DNA from: Selaginella moellendorffii
Lineage: Eukaryota > Plantae > Lycopodiophyta
Length of the DNA stretch: 64,000 bases
Direction: 5' to 3'
Assembly: GCF_000143415.4 (NCBI RefSeq)
Contig: NW_003314299.1
Location: 1,409,502 to 1,473,501 of the forward strand
Program-made: the position numbers and the translations under genes
Part shown: piece by piece, positions 61,715 through 64,000 of the stretch
How the letters are laid out: each line of letters opens with the position of its first letter
Position numbering within the stretch: position 1 is the stretch's first letter
The notes under the pieces: generated by a model
What the model was told of the DNA's origin: nothing
Seen by the model: the letters and a program-made list of their open reading frames with translations, nothing else
Database searches by the model: none

Positions 61715-64000
61715 CAAGAAAATCTAAAGTCAATGTAAGTCAAATAATGTGAAACCAAGTGAAAGTCAAAGAAGTCAAGTCATTGTATAAAGTCAAATTA
61801 AAATCTTTTTATGCGCCCAGGAATCTCCAAGATTCTCCATCTCCTCGTGGGAAGCAATCAGAACTAGAGAGCACCACTATGCACCTGCAAGTGAGATTTC
61901 CCCAGCAGCTGGCAAATCCACACCCACATCCTTTTATTGGGATAGAGCACTGACATCTTCCTGTGGAAAATTCATGTTATAGGTATTTTAAAAGCATTTA
62001 TACTATTAATAAATAATTTATCTTAATGACTTGTTAATATTCAATTTCCATGATCAAATTTTTTATTATGTTGTGGCCATATATTTTTCTTCATTCTGAG
62101 TATTTTATAATGTTTAATCCATCATTTTTACTAGTAATATTTTGTATATAGTTTTAGAAACATTATTAAATATATGCATGTGATCCTTTAAGAATGCTAC
62201 TAACAACTTATAAAAATATACCATTTCATACCATTAAGTTTTTATATTTGATTTTCTTTTCTAACCAAATATTATTATATTGCCCATTGTTCATCTATCT
62301 TAGTATTAGTCAAATACAATTGTGACTATTAAATAAATTAATTTTAATTAATTTTTAATATTAAGTAAAATATTACCTTTAGATTTAAATAGATATCCAT
62401 AGATAGAAAACACTGATAGCCAATATATATTCTTCATCAAACATTATTTATTTATTTTAAAATTATTGGTAAGATAGAATACAAAACTTGAAATATCTAT
62501 ATTTGAAGGTTTGTTATTATATAATATTTTAGTGCTATTTAGTTATTTGTATTTCATCGTTTATATCTTTATGTCATTATAGTAACACTCAATTGGGAAA
62601 ACAAATTCAACTTAATACAAAAGAGCATGAACATATTTACCTTTATGTTTGAAAAGGAAATGCAACCTATTATTCAGAGGTAAGTTAAAATTAGTATTAA
62701 TCCATTATTAATTCATTTTGAATTTTAGGCCATGAGTTATACAACATATTGGATTGATGGAAAACAAGTTTCTTGAATAGATGCAAATAAGAAAACAATA
62801 GATAGCATTTTAATTGCATCGAGGAATTGACAACAACCTCGTATTCGTTTTCCAGGTATGAGGTAAACTCTGGACCATTGAAGAGAATTGGTTCATTATT
62901 GAGTAAACAACAGTGAGAATGGAGGAAATGTTTGATCAAGTAAAACCTTTGGATGGGAATATTTTTATAAATCCAAAGTTCTTTGAACAAAGATATATCC
63001 AGAGTCCAAAATTCTCAACACATGTATGTCATTTGCCTCAGCTGGCTCAATAAATGAGCTGCCCAAATAAAGCATTCAGCTAGAGTAGTCCAACTTTTGA
63101 GAGGCGTATCAGAATTTAGGGTTAAAAGATGCAAGCCGGGCCTGGAAAGAAGATCCCTTAACGACTCTCAAGGTCATCTTCCAGATCTGGGGGATCCGTG
63201 GCAGCGGCAAATCGGACATGCTCCACTTCTACAATGCTTAAGGTTATTTTCCAGATCATTGGGAGTGGCAAATCCAACAAGCTCCACTTCTAAGACGCGG
63301 CATGCTGGCTCTACGATCACCATCCCCGGAGCCAACATCGCCAAGGTTGCTACTTCAAGGATCTCCTAGAGCCCGTCCAGCAGATCCTGGAAGGCGAGGT
63401 GGTGACAGCGCCGAGGATAGGAGGAGTGCAAGAACAAGAGACATGATCAGTGGTGGCGTAAATATATATAAACACACAGTCTTCTGTTTCGTTTATGAAA
63501 AAATCTTCTGGAGTTTCTTGAAAACTATGCTGCGACTTTGCGTAAGCTTACAAAAAAAATGAAAACACAACAAAAAGTCAAGTGGACGATGATTTCAACC
63601 GCAAGGTATGCGTAACTATGACAATACTCACAGGCGCTTGAGTGAAAAGTGCAAGAAATTCAAGGAGTTTAGGAAGTGATGCTGTCGTTGTCCAGGGTGC
63701 AGGGAAAGGCAACAGGACCTCTTTAACCTCATGGGATCCATGTATTCTGCCGTGTATTTCATTCAGTAGAGCAAGATGTATACTATCGAGAAAAAGCTGC
63801 TGGAATGTATTCAGCTCTCCATTTTTGTTTCCCTTCCTCTTCTTCACGCTCTCCGGGCGTGGCAATCACGCCCAACAAGAGGGTGGCGGCAATTTGTTCC
63901 ACTGGATTCTACACGCTGTGGAACCTCCCTCTTCTCGGGAAGAACTCTGTATGGAATCATCACTTCTCAGCTCGGGGATATCACCACGTCGCTGAGGCCA

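Noticed and set aside
63050-64000. Possible gene fragments at the window end
   Set aside because: Stops in all frames and no recognisable domain within the window

Overview
Eukaryotic plant nuclear DNA. It is very gene-dense, with ~50-60 bp introns and intergenic spacers of 80-150 bp. The gene content (long S-type PPR array, early-type GID1, myosin VIII) fits a compact lycophyte genome such as Selaginella moellendorffii; this is inferred, not verified. 1-7.6 kb: a minus-strand LTR retrotransposon with ~1.8 kb satellite-containing LTRs, nested in an older short-LTR gypsy element. 7.7-29 kb: divergent AUX1/LAX permease, myosin VIII, FBW2-like F-box, a prokaryote-type sirtuin, tandem plastid and ER-type omega-3 desaturases, a carboxylesterase, a 2OG-Fe(II) oxygenase and a PPR-E gene. 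29-42.4 kb is an accessory, decaying zone: a 2OGD pseudocopy, a disrupted OTT_1508-like deaminase, an orphan gene, AT-rich DNA, a gag-integrase-only gypsy element, and a PPR pseudocopy split by a scrambled Copia. 42.5-61.7 kb: GID1, DUF1118, a TraB-like protein, RabD, a duplicated CVNH-like/pfkB block, NARA5-like pfkB, PSB33, CPSF73-II and AHK1. The most notable items are the toxin-type deaminase, the class U-like sirtuin, the AUX/LAX paralog with a remodelled substrate site, the CVNH-like remnants and a spliced overlapping uORF on AHK1. Exon boundaries were read by eye, and CDS coordinates give the first-to-last coding span including introns. Family assignments come from recalled motifs, not database searches.
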